DNA from: an uncultured Candidatus Saccharibacteria bacterium | Lineage (GTDB): Bacteria > Patescibacteriota > Minisyncoccia > HO2-45-28 | Direction: 5' to 3' | Assembly: GCA_964574495.1 (NCBI GenBank) | Contig: CAZNNT010000002.1 | Location: forward strand, 1 to 54,057 | Length of the DNA stretch: 54,057 nucleotides | In this document: positions 1 to 8,891 of the stretch, piece by piece | How the letters are laid out: each line of letters starts with the position of its first letter | Position numbering within the stretch: the first letter of the stretch is position 1 | The notes under the pieces: model-generated | The model's database searches: none | Seen by the model: only the letters and a program-made list of their open reading frames with translations | What the model was told of the DNA's origin: nothing | Made by a program: the position numbers and the translations under genes

Positions 1-89
1 ACCCAAAAGTAATGCGGCGTAAATTACGCGTTTGTTTATTTTTTCGGCTGTTAAGTTGGTAAGCGGTGAAAATCGCATAAAAATGAAAA

Positions 90-1193
90 TTATTTCAACG
101 CATCTTCTAATTTTCCTTCGAGAGGATTTGTTGGGGACGTTGCTTGCGGGGTTGTGGCCGAAAAAGGCGGTTTAGCGGATCCCCCGCCGAATACGCCTTT
201 CGGAGAACCGATGGTAGTCAGATAAGTGATGCCTTGGTTGATGAGAGCCGAAATAATTTCATTGATTTCGTCAGCCACTCCCAAATCCTGGAATGTCTCG
301 CCAAAAACATTGATAAGAGAACTTTCAATGGCCGCGCCGGGCGTGCCGCGGCCCCAGTTTTTGCAAACCATCTCACCCTTTGCCCCGCGGCCCTCAAGTC
401 CTGCTGCCGCTTCGCCGCCAGCTATATTTTCTACGCGCTGCCATCCTCCGATACAAACCCCCGGCACATCAAAACCCTTATCCAGCAGCACTTTTCCCCT
501 TGTGTCCGCCACTTTTTTGGTTATGGCCGCCGCAAGTCCATCCCAGGTAACCAAAATTTGGCCGAAAGCGTTGTTATTGACATTGCTGGAAATAGAAATA
601 AGGGATTGCCATCCGCCGACTGAAAAATTCTCGTACATTTGCTGGACATTCGCGATGATTTTAGAAACGGTGCAGGTCGGCAGGGCTTCGTGGGTTACTG
701 AAAATAAACTTATCTGAATGCTCAAGCGAAACGGCTCGCATAAGAGTTGGGCATCCTGGCCGAATATGTTTTGGAGAAAAACGCCGCTCGCTATGTCGCC
801 GGCGTTTTCAAAAAATTGCGCGGGGTCTTCAATAAAAAGCGGCCTGCCGTCAAAACCGTTTTGAATCCAAGTTATTATGCTGTGGGAAAGTTCTCTAATC
901 AGGATTTTGGCCGTTTGCTTGGCGATAGCGTCATAGACATATTCTTTTTGCACTATGAGGTCGGTGGCTTGCGCTATAACGGTATCAATGGCCTTTGAGA
1001 TAAGAGCCGTTGCGCTGATACTGGATATAAATCCCGCGGACGGGCCGACTTCTATCACTGCTTCTGCTCCGACTCCAATCTGCGCTTCGGCTTTTGGCGC
1101 GCGTATCGGCATCTCGGCAAAAAAGGTTGCCAAAATACTCGCGGTTAATATCGCGGCCGCCGTCTTTTTAAATTCATAAAAGCCAAAACGCAT
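90..1193 (-). CDS. hypothetical secreted/membrane-anchored protein
   Basis: 367-aa ORF, longest in the region. N-terminal hydrophobic signal-anchor (AAAILTASILATFFA). Its start lies 1 nt after the stop of 1195..2190, which looks operon-like. No family recognised by eye. Confidence 0.55.
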   Translation of the reverse strand: MRFGFYEFKKTAAAILTASILATFFAEMPIRAPKAEAQIGVGAEAVIEVGPSAGFISSISATALISKAIDTVIAQATDLIVQKEYVYDAIAKQTAKILIRELSHSIITWIQNGFDGRPLFIEDPAQFFENAGDIASGVFLQNIFGQDAQLLCEPFRLSIQISLFSVTHEALPTCTVSKIIANVQQMYENFSVGGWQSLISISSNVNNNAFGQILVTWDGLAAAITKKVADTRGKVLLDKGFDVPGVCIGGWQRVENIAGGEAAAGLEGRGAKGEMVCKNWGRGTPGAAIESSLINVFGETFQDLGVADEINEIISALINQGITYLTTIGSPKGVFGGGSAKPPFSATTPQATSPTNPLEGKLEDALK

Positions 1194-1194
1194 T

Positions 1195-2190
1195 TTATTC
1201 TTTTTTAAGCGCGATAAAAATTAAATTATCTTTTTGGGCTTCTTTTTGAAATTCTTTCATTACCGCGCCCAATTTGTCGCTTTCTTCATTGAAAAAACCC
1301 GTTGCCAGCAGTCCCTGAACGGGGTCGTTAAAAAAATTCTGCATTAATGCTGTCGCTCGCGCGAGATTATTGACGCTGTTTATTAAACTCAAGTGATGAT
1401 AGGCGTATTTTTCAGGAACTTTTACGGCTAGCAGGTCTTTGACGGTGCTGGCGTATGACGCGATAACCGCGTCAAGTTTTTTCAATTCATCGGCATTTTC
1501 ATGCGTTAGAGCGTCGCGCACCGTAACCAGTTCGTTTATTTTGATGTTTTCAGAATCAAGAATGGTCTTACCCACCTCTTTTAGATATGAAAATATTGTT
1601 TCTTTGCTATCCGCCGGAAAAGTTGAGATATCAGAGAGCGAATAAGAGTCGGGTAAATTTATTGAAGGCAGATTATAGAGCAAAGAATCAAGAATGGACT
1701 GCTGTTCTTTCGCGTCAAGCTCGGAACCGCCGGCGAGGCCTTTAAGCCGCAAATAATTCTCCAAAAAGTCGTGAGCCAGCCGGTCTGTCAAGGTTAAGGG
1801 CTCTGTTGCGGCCTGCCTCGATGTCTTGGTTTTGTCTCCGGAGTTTTTTGACCGGAGAGCGGAAGTTAAAGAATCATCGGGTCCGGCCACAAGCGGATTT
1901 CGGCCAAGTTTTATTTCTTCGCCGTCATTGGCGCCGTCGCCGTCGGTGTCGGGATTATTCGGGTCAGAGCCCCAGAGTTGTTCTTCCCAGTCCTTTAGTC
2001 CGTCGCTATCCGTATCGGGCGTATCTGTTACTATTTTTTGAGGCAGAATGAGCGCTGTTTCGGCGGTCCGGTCTTCTTTTGGGGACGAATTTTTATCCAT
2101 AAACCAAACACTGCCTCCGATTACCGCCAAGGCCAAAATCGTTCCTAAAATTATTCTTTTATTCTTTAAAAATGCCAAAATCGCAGGCAC
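1195..2190 (-). CDS. membrane-anchored protein with thrombospondin type-3-like Ca-binding repeats
   Basis: N-terminal TM segment (IILGTILALAVIGGSVWF) followed by D-x-D-x-D-G type repeats (DTDSDGLKDWEE, DPNNPDTDGDGANDGEE). The C-terminal part is helical and unassigned. Confidence 0.6.
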   Translation of the reverse strand: MPAILAFLKNKRIILGTILALAVIGGSVWFMDKNSSPKEDRTAETALILPQKIVTDTPDTDSDGLKDWEEQLWGSDPNNPDTDGDGANDGEEIKLGRNPLVAGPDDSLTSALRSKNSGDKTKTSRQAATEPLTLTDRLAHDFLENYLRLKGLAGGSELDAKEQQSILDSLLYNLPSINLPDSYSLSDISTFPADSKETIFSYLKEVGKTILDSENIKINELVTVRDALTHENADELKKLDAVIASYASTVKDLLAVKVPEKYAYHHLSLINSVNNLARATALMQNFFNDPVQGLLATGFFNEESDKLGAVMKEFQKEAQKDNLIFIALKKE

Positions 2191-2238
2191 TATGCCTTAC
2201 AATAATTATAGCATTTACATTTTCCCAACAGTTCGGTC

Positions 2239-3054
2239 TTATTTTTCCCTGTGGATAAAATGCGTAACACAGGCCCAATTTTCAAGCGACAGATCTTCCG
2301 CCCTCACTTTTTCTCCGACCCCGCATCTTGTCAAACACCCGGTGTTTGACATTTTTAGGTTGTTTTTGAGGAGTTTGCGGGGGTGGGCGAAGCCTGCTTT
2401 AACCGCGTCAAAAAAATCCCCTTGGCTGATTTTATGCTTCTTGAAAAAGTCCTTTTCGCGTTTTTTTAGCAAAATTACTGCCGAGTCCACCTTTGGCTGA
2501 GGCCGAAAATTGCCCTTTTTGACATAAAAAGCAATTTTCGGCTCGGCAAAAACTCGCACCGATACGGCCAAAAGACTATTCTTGCCAAGAGCTAAGCTCT
2601 TGGCAGGAGCTAGGCGCTCCGCCACTTCTTTTTGAAGCATTAACGTTAAACTTGTAATTCGTAACTTGCGACTTGTAGCTTCCGGATCTAATAAAAGGCG
2701 CAAAAGTCGGCCTGTCAGGTAGTATGGGATGTTGGCCACCACTTTCGTAATTTTGCCAAGAGCTAAGCTCTTGGCGGATTGGGGGGTTAGGAGATCGCGG
2801 ATATCGGCGCTAATCAAGGTTAGGTGGTTTGAAAGTATAAAGGGCTCAAATTTTTGCTTTAAAAAGTTAAAAAGTTTAAAGTCCTTTTCAACGGCGATTA
2901 CTTTTGCGCCGGTTTTTAAGAGCGCTGTAGTTAAAATTCCCTTGCCCGGACCGATTTCAAGCACCGTATCTTCGGAGGTGACTTCAGCCACGCGCGCCAT
3001 TTTTTGAGCGATATTTCCGGAGACCAAAAAATTTTGACCGAATTTTGCCGGCAT
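2239..3054 (-). CDS. rsmA: 16S rRNA (adenine1518/1519-N6)-dimethyltransferase RsmA/KsgA
   Basis: FGQNFL start motif, SAM-binding LEIGPGKGILT, VVANIPYY and QKEVAERL motifs, and PQPKVDSAVI. The ORF is intact although several repeat elements are embedded in it. Confidence 0.9.
   Translation of the reverse strand: MPAKFGQNFLVSGNIAQKMARVAEVTSEDTVLEIGPGKGILTTALLKTGAKVIAVEKDFKLFNFLKQKFEPFILSNHLTLISADIRDLLTPQSAKSLALGKITKVVANIPYYLTGRLLRLLLDPEATSRKLRITSLTLMLQKEVAERLAPAKSLALGKNSLLAVSVRVFAEPKIAFYVKKGNFRPQPKVDSAVILLKKREKDFFKKHKISQGDFFDAVKAGFAHPRKLLKNNLKMSNTGCLTRCGVGEKVRAEDLSLENWACVTHFIHREK
2329..2351. repeat. REP-like 23-nt palindrome copy 1 (TGTCAAACA-CCCGG-TGTTTGACA), inside the ksgA CDS
   Basis: Same 9-nt arms as the three copies around the RAYT gene at 8.2-8.9 kb. 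Confidence 0.85.
2584..2604. repeat. 21-nt palindrome GCCAAGAGC-TAA-GCTCTTGGC, copy A, inside ksgA
   Basis: Exact 21-mer also present at 2755-2775 and 18387-18407. Translated in-frame as KSLALGK. Confidence 0.85.
2641..2682. repeat. degenerate period-7 tandem tract (minus strand: AAGCTAC AAGTCGC AAGTTAC GAATTAC AAGTTTA) inside ksgA
   Basis: Heptanucleotide periodicity read directly. A related AAGCTAT tract occurs in xerC at 26151-26178. Confidence 0.55.
2755..2775. repeat. 21-nt palindrome GCCAAGAGC-TAA-GCTCTTGGC, copy B, inside ksgA
   Basis: Exact repeat of 2584-2604, again in-frame (KSLALGK). Confidence 0.85.
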
Positions 3055-3055
3055 A

Positions 3056-4954
3056 TTATATTTCTATGATTTTTTCTTCATCGGCTTTTTCCAACAGCTC
3101 CGGCGGTATGTCTTCCAGAAACCTTGAGGGCATATTAACCGTTTTTTCGCCAAAAATAGTTCTAAAAAAAGCAAGCGTCAGGAATATTTTTTTCCTTGCT
3201 CGGGTCAGCGCCACGTAAAAAAGCCGGCGTTCTTCTTCCAGCCGTGCTTTTTCGTCCTCGCTTGCCAGGGTGGCGTGCGGAAAAAGCCCGTCTTCAAGGC
3301 CGGAAATAAACACATAATCAAATTCCAGACCTTTGGCCGCGTGAATAGTGGTCAGCGGCAGGCGATTTTCTTTGCTGCCGGCCGAATCATCCGCGGACAT
3401 CAAGCTTGCTTCTTCCAGCATTTTGACCAGCCCCTCCGGCGGCTTTAAATCGTCAAATCGCTTTGACAAACTGACCAATTCTTTAATATTGGCCAAGCGC
3501 GCCGCACCTTCTTCGGAGGCCGAATCAAAAAGAGAGAAATAGCCGCTTTCTTCAATGGTTAAGGCGGTAGAGCGCGAAGCCGTCAGTTTATCGGCAGACG
3601 ACCTTATTTTTTCAAGCAGGTTTTCAAAAGCGGAGATTTTCACCGCCTCGCTTTGGGAAAATTTTTCATTAGCCAGGTATTTGGCCATAAGCGCCTTGCC
3701 TATCCCGCGCGCGGGCTGGTTAATGATTCTTTTTTTGCTTAAAAGGTCAGACGGGTTGAGCGCGGCCCTGATATAGGCCAAGATATCTTTAACCTCTTTT
3801 CGGCTGTAAAATTTAATTCCCACCACATAGTAAGGTATGCCTTCGGCCAAAAACTTTTCTTCCAAAACTCTTGATTGGGCGTTAGTCCGGAAAAGCACGG
3901 CTATTTCAGCCGGATTTACGCCTCCGGCAATGAGGGTTTTGGCCTTGGAAGCGATGAAAGCCGCCTCGCTATTTTCGTTTTCGGCGCCGTATATAGCCAG
4001 TTTTTCTCCGCCCTCTTTTTTGGTAAAGAGGTTCTTGGGCAGGCGCTGCAAATTTTTCAAAATTACGGCATTAGCCGCTTCAAGTATCGGCCGGGTTGAG
4101 CGGTAATTTTCTTCCAGAGTAATTATTTTGGCTTTCGGATAGGTCTTTTCAAAATTTAAAATATTTCTGAAATCCGCTCCGCGAAAGCCGTAGATTGATT
4201 GGTCCAGGTCACCCACGACGCAGATATTGAAATGTTTAGCGGCAAGCATATTGGCCAGCGTATCCTGGACGTTATCGGTATCCTGATATTCGTCTATGTT
4301 GATATAGCGCCAATGCGTCTGATATTTTTCGAGCACCGGGGGTTTCGTTAAAAATAGATCCGCGGTTCTTACCAGCAAATCGTCAAAATCCAGGCAATTT
4401 GACGATTTTAATTTTTGTTCGTAAGAATTCCAGATTAGGGCGAGATTTTTTGAAAAATAGTCCTTGGCTTCCGAGACGAAATCATCCGATTTGACCATAT
4501 CGCATTTTTTGGCCGAGATTATCCTTTTAATCTTTGAGGGCTGGAATTGTTTCGGGTCTATTTCCAGGTCCCTGATTGACTCCTTGATTAAAGAAAGCGA
4601 GTCTTCTTCGTCCAAAATGGAAAAGTCCTTTTTAAATCCGATATTCTTGGCCTCGCGCCTTAAAATCCACGCGCCCAGCGCGTGAAATGTGCCGATCCAA
4701 GGAACAGATGCCGGAGCTCGGAAGCCGGAAGTTGGAATAAGTTTGGCTATTCTTTCTTTCATCTCGCCCGCGGCTTTGTTGGTAAAGGTAACCGCCAAGA
4801 TTTCATCCGGCTTCACGCCGCTGGCGATGAGATGAGCTACGCGATGAGTTAAAACCCTTGTTTTCCCGGAACCCGCTCCGGCCACAACCAAAATCGGCCC
4901 GTCAAGCCATTCAACAGCCGTCTTTTGGTTTTCATTAAGCTGATTTGATGCCAT
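3056..4954 (-). CDS. pcrA: ATP-dependent DNA helicase, UvrD/PcrA/Rep family (SF1)
   Basis: Walker A AGAGSGKT, TFTNKAAGEM, DEYQDT, later SF1 motifs including VALTRAR. 632 aa. Confidence 0.9.
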   Translation of the reverse strand: MASNQLNENQKTAVEWLDGPILVVAGAGSGKTRVLTHRVAHLIASGVKPDEILAVTFTNKAAGEMKERIAKLIPTSGFRAPASVPWIGTFHALGAWILRREAKNIGFKKDFSILDEEDSLSLIKESIRDLEIDPKQFQPSKIKRIISAKKCDMVKSDDFVSEAKDYFSKNLALIWNSYEQKLKSSNCLDFDDLLVRTADLFLTKPPVLEKYQTHWRYINIDEYQDTDNVQDTLANMLAAKHFNICVVGDLDQSIYGFRGADFRNILNFEKTYPKAKIITLEENYRSTRPILEAANAVILKNLQRLPKNLFTKKEGGEKLAIYGAENENSEAAFIASKAKTLIAGGVNPAEIAVLFRTNAQSRVLEEKFLAEGIPYYVVGIKFYSRKEVKDILAYIRAALNPSDLLSKKRIINQPARGIGKALMAKYLANEKFSQSEAVKISAFENLLEKIRSSADKLTASRSTALTIEESGYFSLFDSASEEGAARLANIKELVSLSKRFDDLKPPEGLVKMLEEASLMSADDSAGSKENRLPLTTIHAAKGLEFDYVFISGLEDGLFPHATLASEDEKARLEEERRLFYVALTRARKKIFLTLAFFRTIFGEKTVNMPSRFLEDIPPELLEKADEEKIIEI

Positions 4955-5007
4955 TTTATATAGAGATTAGCATTTTTTTGGGGTGTGGATAAATAATTTG
5001 ACCCCGA

Positions 5008-5036
5008 TTGACTTTTGGCTCGTCCGGGAGTATGAT
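5008..5036 (+). promoter_or_regulatory. sigma70-type promoter (TTGACT-17 nt-TATGAT) for the LysM/M23 gene
   Basis: -35 at 5008-5013, -10 at 5031-5036, 17-nt spacer. About 135-nt leader before the ATG at 5173. Confidence 0.6.
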
Positions 5037-5172
5037 GGGGAGTATCCGGTAAGTGTACCGGATTTGTCGTTAATAAAGGCCGATTGCCCGTTTTTCTCTT
5101 AATTTTAAACCTATTTTAGAATCAAAACAGCGCTTTTCAGGCGCGTCCGACGCGTCTGAAAAAGGCCTTATA

Positions 5173-6207
5173 ATGCTCTCAAAATTCGCCTTTGTTTCAA
5201 AGGTTTTATTGGGTTTTATGATTGTCTCGGGACTATTTTTGTTCGGCTCATACAAAGCGGAGGCGGGTTTTTTTGATGTTTTAAAGGATGTTTTTGGGTT
5301 GGCGAGCGCGGAAGAAGGGGCCTCGGTGTTCAATTCCCAGAACATGCCTTTGCTTAACGCTCCCATCAATGTTGACCCTTTAGCTGGGGTCGGCGGCGGC
5401 GATATAACCATTGTTCAAAATAGCGCCCTGCTTTCTGTTTCCGGGCCGCTGGGCAGTTTGGCTGATGTGGAGGTTGAGTCGCGAAAAAGAGATCAGATTT
5501 CAATTTATATCGTTCGCGAAGGAGACACGCTTTCAAGTATTGCCAAGATGTTCAACGACATTTCAGTGAACACTATTCGCTGGGCGAATAATTTAACAAC
5601 TTCAACCGTCATAAAGCCGGGGCAGACCTTAATAATTTTGCCCATCAACAGCATTCAGCACACGGTGGCTAAAGGCGAAACGCTTAAAGGGATTGTTAAA
5701 AAATACGGCGGCGACCTCAATGAGACCCTGGCTTTTAACGAATGGCCGGCCGGTTATGAGCCGGAAGTCGGGATGATTGTTATCGTTCCGGACGGGGAAG
5801 GCGAGCCATTGGTAAATTACGGCAGCAAGACAGTTCGGGGCACGGGCGGCCCGGTTTATGCCGGATATTATATCCGTCCGATAAACGGCGGAAGGATATC
5901 CCAGGGTTTGCACGGGCTTAACGCCAAGGATTTCGCGACTTACTGTGGCGCCCCGATTTTTGCCTCCGCCCGGGGAACGGTTATCATTGCGCGTTCGGGC
6001 GGTTGGTTCAGCGGTTACGGTTCATACGCGGTTATCGCGCATCCGAACGGGACCCAGACGCTCTATTCCCATATGAGCAGGATTGCCGTAACACCCGGAT
6101 GGAATGTGGTTCAGGGACAGGTGATCGGCTATGTGGGTTCTACCGGCAATTCCACAGGATGCCATGTGCATCTTGAAATCCGGGGAGCCGCGTTTCCCGA
6201 TATCTAA
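5173..6207 (+). CDS. secreted LysM-domain M23 (LytM-type) peptidoglycan endopeptidase
   Basis: Signal/TM N-terminus. Two LysM repeats (YIVREGDTLSSIAKMF..., HTVAKGETLKGIVKKY...). C-terminal M23 motifs (HGLNAKDF, GSTGNSTGCHVHLEI). Confidence 0.9.
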   Translation: MLSKFAFVSKVLLGFMIVSGLFLFGSYKAEAGFFDVLKDVFGLASAEEGASVFNSQNMPLLNAPINVDPLAGVGGGDITIVQNSALLSVSGPLGSLADVEVESRKRDQISIYIVREGDTLSSIAKMFNDISVNTIRWANNLTTSTVIKPGQTLIILPINSIQHTVAKGETLKGIVKKYGGDLNETLAFNEWPAGYEPEVGMIVIVPDGEGEPLVNYGSKTVRGTGGPVYAGYYIRPINGGRISQGLHGLNAKDFATYCGAPIFASARGTVIIARSGGWFSGYGSYAVIAHPNGTQTLYSHMSRIAVTPGWNVVQGQVIGYVGSTGNSTGCHVHLEIRGAAFPDI

Positions 6208-6213
6208 CCCATT

Positions 6214-7731
6214 TTAGAAATTGCTTTTTGGCCTATATTGGAGAGCTTCCAGAATATGGCTCTGTTTTATTTCGTCCTCGTTTTCAAGGTCGGCTATGGT
6301 CCGGCTTATTTTTATCACCCGATGGTAAGCCCTTGGCGATAAATCCATTTGTTTAGCCGAAATATTAAGAATGTTTCTGGCATCGGGCGATAGGGGCGCG
6401 AAATTTTCAAGGTTGCGCACCCCCAGTTCGCTATTGGAAACCAAGCCCAGCTTTTTGAATCTGCGCTTCTGGCGGTCGCGCGCGGCGATTACTTTTTTAC
6501 GTATATCAGCCGATGTTTCCAGCGCGTCTTTTTTTGAAAGCTCTTCATGGTCAATGTTAGAGACCTCCATCCAAAGGTCAATCCGGTCGGCTATGGGTCC
6601 GGAAACTTTTCTTTGATAGCGGAAAAGCGAAGAGGGGGTGCAAAGACACATTTTGTTTTTGGAGCCGAGATTTCCGCAGGGGCACGGGTTCATTGCCGCG
6701 ACCAGCATGAATCTGGCAGGAAACCTAACAGTGCCCCTGGAGCGGGCAATGGTTATTATTCCGTCTTCAAGCGGTTGGCGAAGCGATTCAATGACTCGGC
6801 GTTCAAACTCGGGAAACTCGTCGCAAAACAGCACTCCGCGATGGGCCAGCGTTATTTCGCCCGGTCTTGGCCACACGCCCCCGCCGACCATAGCGACATA
6901 AGACGCGGTATGATGGGGAGACCTGAAGGGCCTGTATCTGGCAAAAGAGCCGTCAAGAGAGCCGGCAATGCTGTGGATGGCGGTCACTTCAAGCGCCTCT
7001 TCTTTTGAAAGGGGAGGAAGAATTGACGGCAGAGCTTTAGCCAGAAGAGTTTTGCCGGTTCCTGGCGGACCAGACATTAAAATATTATGGTTGCCGGAGG
7101 CGGCAATCATTAAGGCCCGTTTTGCGGTTTCCTGGCCCCGTATGTCCGATAGGTCGTGGCTCGCCGCCTCTGTTTGCGGCGAAAGTTTTGTTTTGGGCAG
7201 GATTTCAAGCGCGGTTTCTCCTTTGAGATGCAGAAGAACTTGATTCAGATTTTCAACTTCCCGCGCGGATATGTTTTCAATTAAGGCCGCCTCTTCTCCG
7301 TTGCCTTTGGGCACGTATATTTCTTTAAAGCCCGCTAAAGACGCTTTTTGCGCAAGCGCCAGAATTCCTTTAATCGGACGCAATGTTCCGTCTAAAGCCA
7401 ATTCGCCCAAAAATATTTTATCTTTTGTTTCAAATTCGGCTTGATGTGAAGCCAGAATATATCCAAGAGCGATGGCCAAATCAAAAGCCGACCCCTCTTT
7501 TTTAAGGTCAGCCGGCGCGAGTGACACGATCACTTTTTGGTTTTGTTTGTGCGGGGGCTTGAGCCCGATATTTTTTATGGCGTAAGATATTCTTTCTTTG
7601 GCCTCATCCACGGCTTTATCCGCAAGCCCGACAATGGTAAAAGACCGCAAACCCTTTGAATAATCAACTTCAACGTCAATTATTTCGCCGTCAAGTCCCA
7701 TTATTTCGGCCGCGTGCAATTTTACCGACAT
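6214..7731 (-). CDS. comM: YifB/ComM family Mg-chelatase-like AAA+ ATPase
   Basis: N-terminal Lon-protease-like domain, Walker A GPPGTGKT, FCDEFPEF Walker B region, C-terminal Mg chelatase-like helix bundle. 505 aa. Confidence 0.9.
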   Translation of the reverse strand: MSVKLHAAEIMGLDGEIIDVEVDYSKGLRSFTIVGLADKAVDEAKERISYAIKNIGLKPPHKQNQKVIVSLAPADLKKEGSAFDLAIALGYILASHQAEFETKDKIFLGELALDGTLRPIKGILALAQKASLAGFKEIYVPKGNGEEAALIENISAREVENLNQVLLHLKGETALEILPKTKLSPQTEAASHDLSDIRGQETAKRALMIAASGNHNILMSGPPGTGKTLLAKALPSILPPLSKEEALEVTAIHSIAGSLDGSFARYRPFRSPHHTASYVAMVGGGVWPRPGEITLAHRGVLFCDEFPEFERRVIESLRQPLEDGIITIARSRGTVRFPARFMLVAAMNPCPCGNLGSKNKMCLCTPSSLFRYQRKVSGPIADRIDLWMEVSNIDHEELSKKDALETSADIRKKVIAARDRQKRRFKKLGLVSNSELGVRNLENFAPLSPDARNILNISAKQMDLSPRAYHRVIKISRTIADLENEDEIKQSHILEALQYRPKSNF

Positions 7732-7760
7732 AATGGCTAGATTCTAGCGCATCTTTAATA

Positions 7761-7800
7761 AAAAGAAAATCCCGCCCTCTCCCCGAAAGGAGAAGGCGGG
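7761..7800 (-). terminator. rho-independent terminator after the small gene 7813..8022
   Basis: 12-bp GC-rich stem (CCCGCCCTCTCC / GGAGAAGGCGGG, one mismatch) followed on the minus strand by a T-run. Confidence 0.7.
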
Positions 7801-7812
7801 CGGTTTTGTCGT

Positions 7813-8022
7813 TCAACGCTTCTCGCGGGCCTCGAGGGCGCTGACGATTTTGTCGGTGGCCTCTTTGATCTTGTCGATGTAGGGCTGGAACACAGTGGCC
7901 ACCATGATGATAAAGAAGCCGAAGAACGCCACCGCCAGGAAAACCCAGATTGAGTCGTCGCTGGCGGTCGCCGCGAAACTGGCGGAGAAAGCGAGACAGG
8001 CAGCGGCCAAATATGCCTTCAT
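7813..8022 (-). CDS. small membrane protein (signal peptide plus one TM), high GC3 orphan
   Basis: 69 aa. RBS AAGGAAG upstream of the ATG, own terminator. Codon usage visibly richer in G/C-ending codons than the neighbours. Confidence 0.55.
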   Translation of the reverse strand: MKAYLAAACLAFSASFAATASDDSIWVFLAVAFFGFFIIMVATVFQPYIDKIKEATDKIVSALEAREKR

Positions 8023-8166
8023 GTTAATTCTTCCTTTTGGTTGGAGTTTTCGGAAACACCTGCTTCATAGCCCTGAAGCAGGAAAACACCCGTTTTCAAC
8101 TTACTCTCTTTATTATATCAAATAAGAACATGCTTGTCAATACCTTCGTAATGGTTCATTAAACGC

Positions 8167-8189
8167 TGTCAAACATCCGGTGTTTGACA
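8167..8189. repeat. REP-like palindrome copy 2 (TGTCAAACA-TCCGG-TGTTTGACA)
   Basis: Read directly, upstream of the RAYT start. Confidence 0.85.
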
Positions 8190-8221
8190 AAAGTCGGAGA
8201 GAGAAATAAAATAATAAAATT

Positions 8222-8890
8222 ATGCGAAGAGAAAGATTTGGTGAAGATGAATTTGTTCACGTTTTCAATCGCGGAGTTGAAAAACGGTTGATTTTTTTGG
8301 ATGACAACGATCGGTGGCGGTTTCTCGCCTTGCTGATTCTTCTCCAGGGAGATGTTGTTTTGCCTCAAATAGGTAGGATGATTGAAAATGTCAAACATCG
8401 GATGTTTGACAAAAGTTTGTTCTCGCAGATTGCCGATCAAAAATATGTTGAGCTAGTTTCTTTTTGTTTAATGCCCAATCATTTTCATCTTATTCTTCGG
8501 GAGATCAGCGAAGGGGGAATTTCTAGATATATGCAGCGTCTTCTGAACGCCTACACCAAGTATTTTAATACCCGATATAAACGCAGCGGGCATTTATTTT
8601 CCGGTCCCTTCCGCGCGGTTCTTATTGATAACGACGAATATCTTGATTATTTATCCGCGTATATTCATTTGAATCCAAAAGAATTAAAGGGATGGCGAAA
8701 TAGAGAAGTTGAATATTTCTGGTCAAGTTTTCAAGATTTTGTGAAAGAAAACAGGTGGAGGCAATTTCTTTGTCCTTCTGTGATCATGGATAAATTTAAA
8801 GACGGCAGAGAATATTACGATTTTATCATGGAGACGCCAATAAAAGAGGTTGAGAGTAAATTGACGGAGGAACTTTTGGCCGAAAACTAA
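8222..8890 (+). CDS. REP-associated tyrosine transposase (RAYT, IS200/IS605 Y1 HUH superfamily)
   Basis: HUH motif in LMPNHFHLILRE and catalytic Tyr motif YIHLNP. 222 aa, single gene without TnpB, flanked by palindromes. Confidence 0.85.
   Translation: MRRERFGEDEFVHVFNRGVEKRLIFLDDNDRWRFLALLILLQGDVVLPQIGRMIENVKHRMFDKSLFSQIADQKYVELVSFCLMPNHFHLILREISEGGISRYMQRLLNAYTKYFNTRYKRSGHLFSGPFRAVLIDNDEYLDYLSAYIHLNPKELKGWRNREVEYFWSSFQDFVKENRWRQFLCPSVIMDKFKDGREYYDFIMETPIKEVESKLTEELLAEN
8389..8411. repeat. REP-like palindrome copy 3 (TGTCAAACA-TCGGA-TGTTTGACA), inside the RAYT CDS
   Basis: Translated in-frame as NVKHRMFDKS within the RAYT ORF. Confidence 0.85.
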
Positions 8891-8891
8891 A

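Noticed and set aside
1-89. Weak hairpin GCGTA-AAT-TACGC followed by a T-run at the window start, as a possible terminator
   Set aside because: The stem is only 5 bp, and the upstream gene context lies outside the window.
144-1179. Several plus-strand ORFs (144..623, 226..717, 747..998, 955..1179) opposite the 367-aa gene
   Set aside because: They are antisense shadow ORFs with Arg/Ser/Pro-rich low-complexity translations and no RBS. The minus-strand ORF spans the whole region and has a signal anchor.
5030-5172. c-di-AMP (ydaO-type) riboswitch upstream of the cell-wall hydrolase
   Set aside because: I could not find the conserved pseudo-two-fold ACGGGGA/CCCGA-type core by eye. It is reported only as an unassigned structured leader.
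5070-5411. 113-aa minus-strand ORF overlapping the promoter, leader and 5' end of the LysM/M23 gene
   Set aside because: It overlaps a well-supported plus-strand gene and its promoter. The translation is low complexity and there is no RBS.
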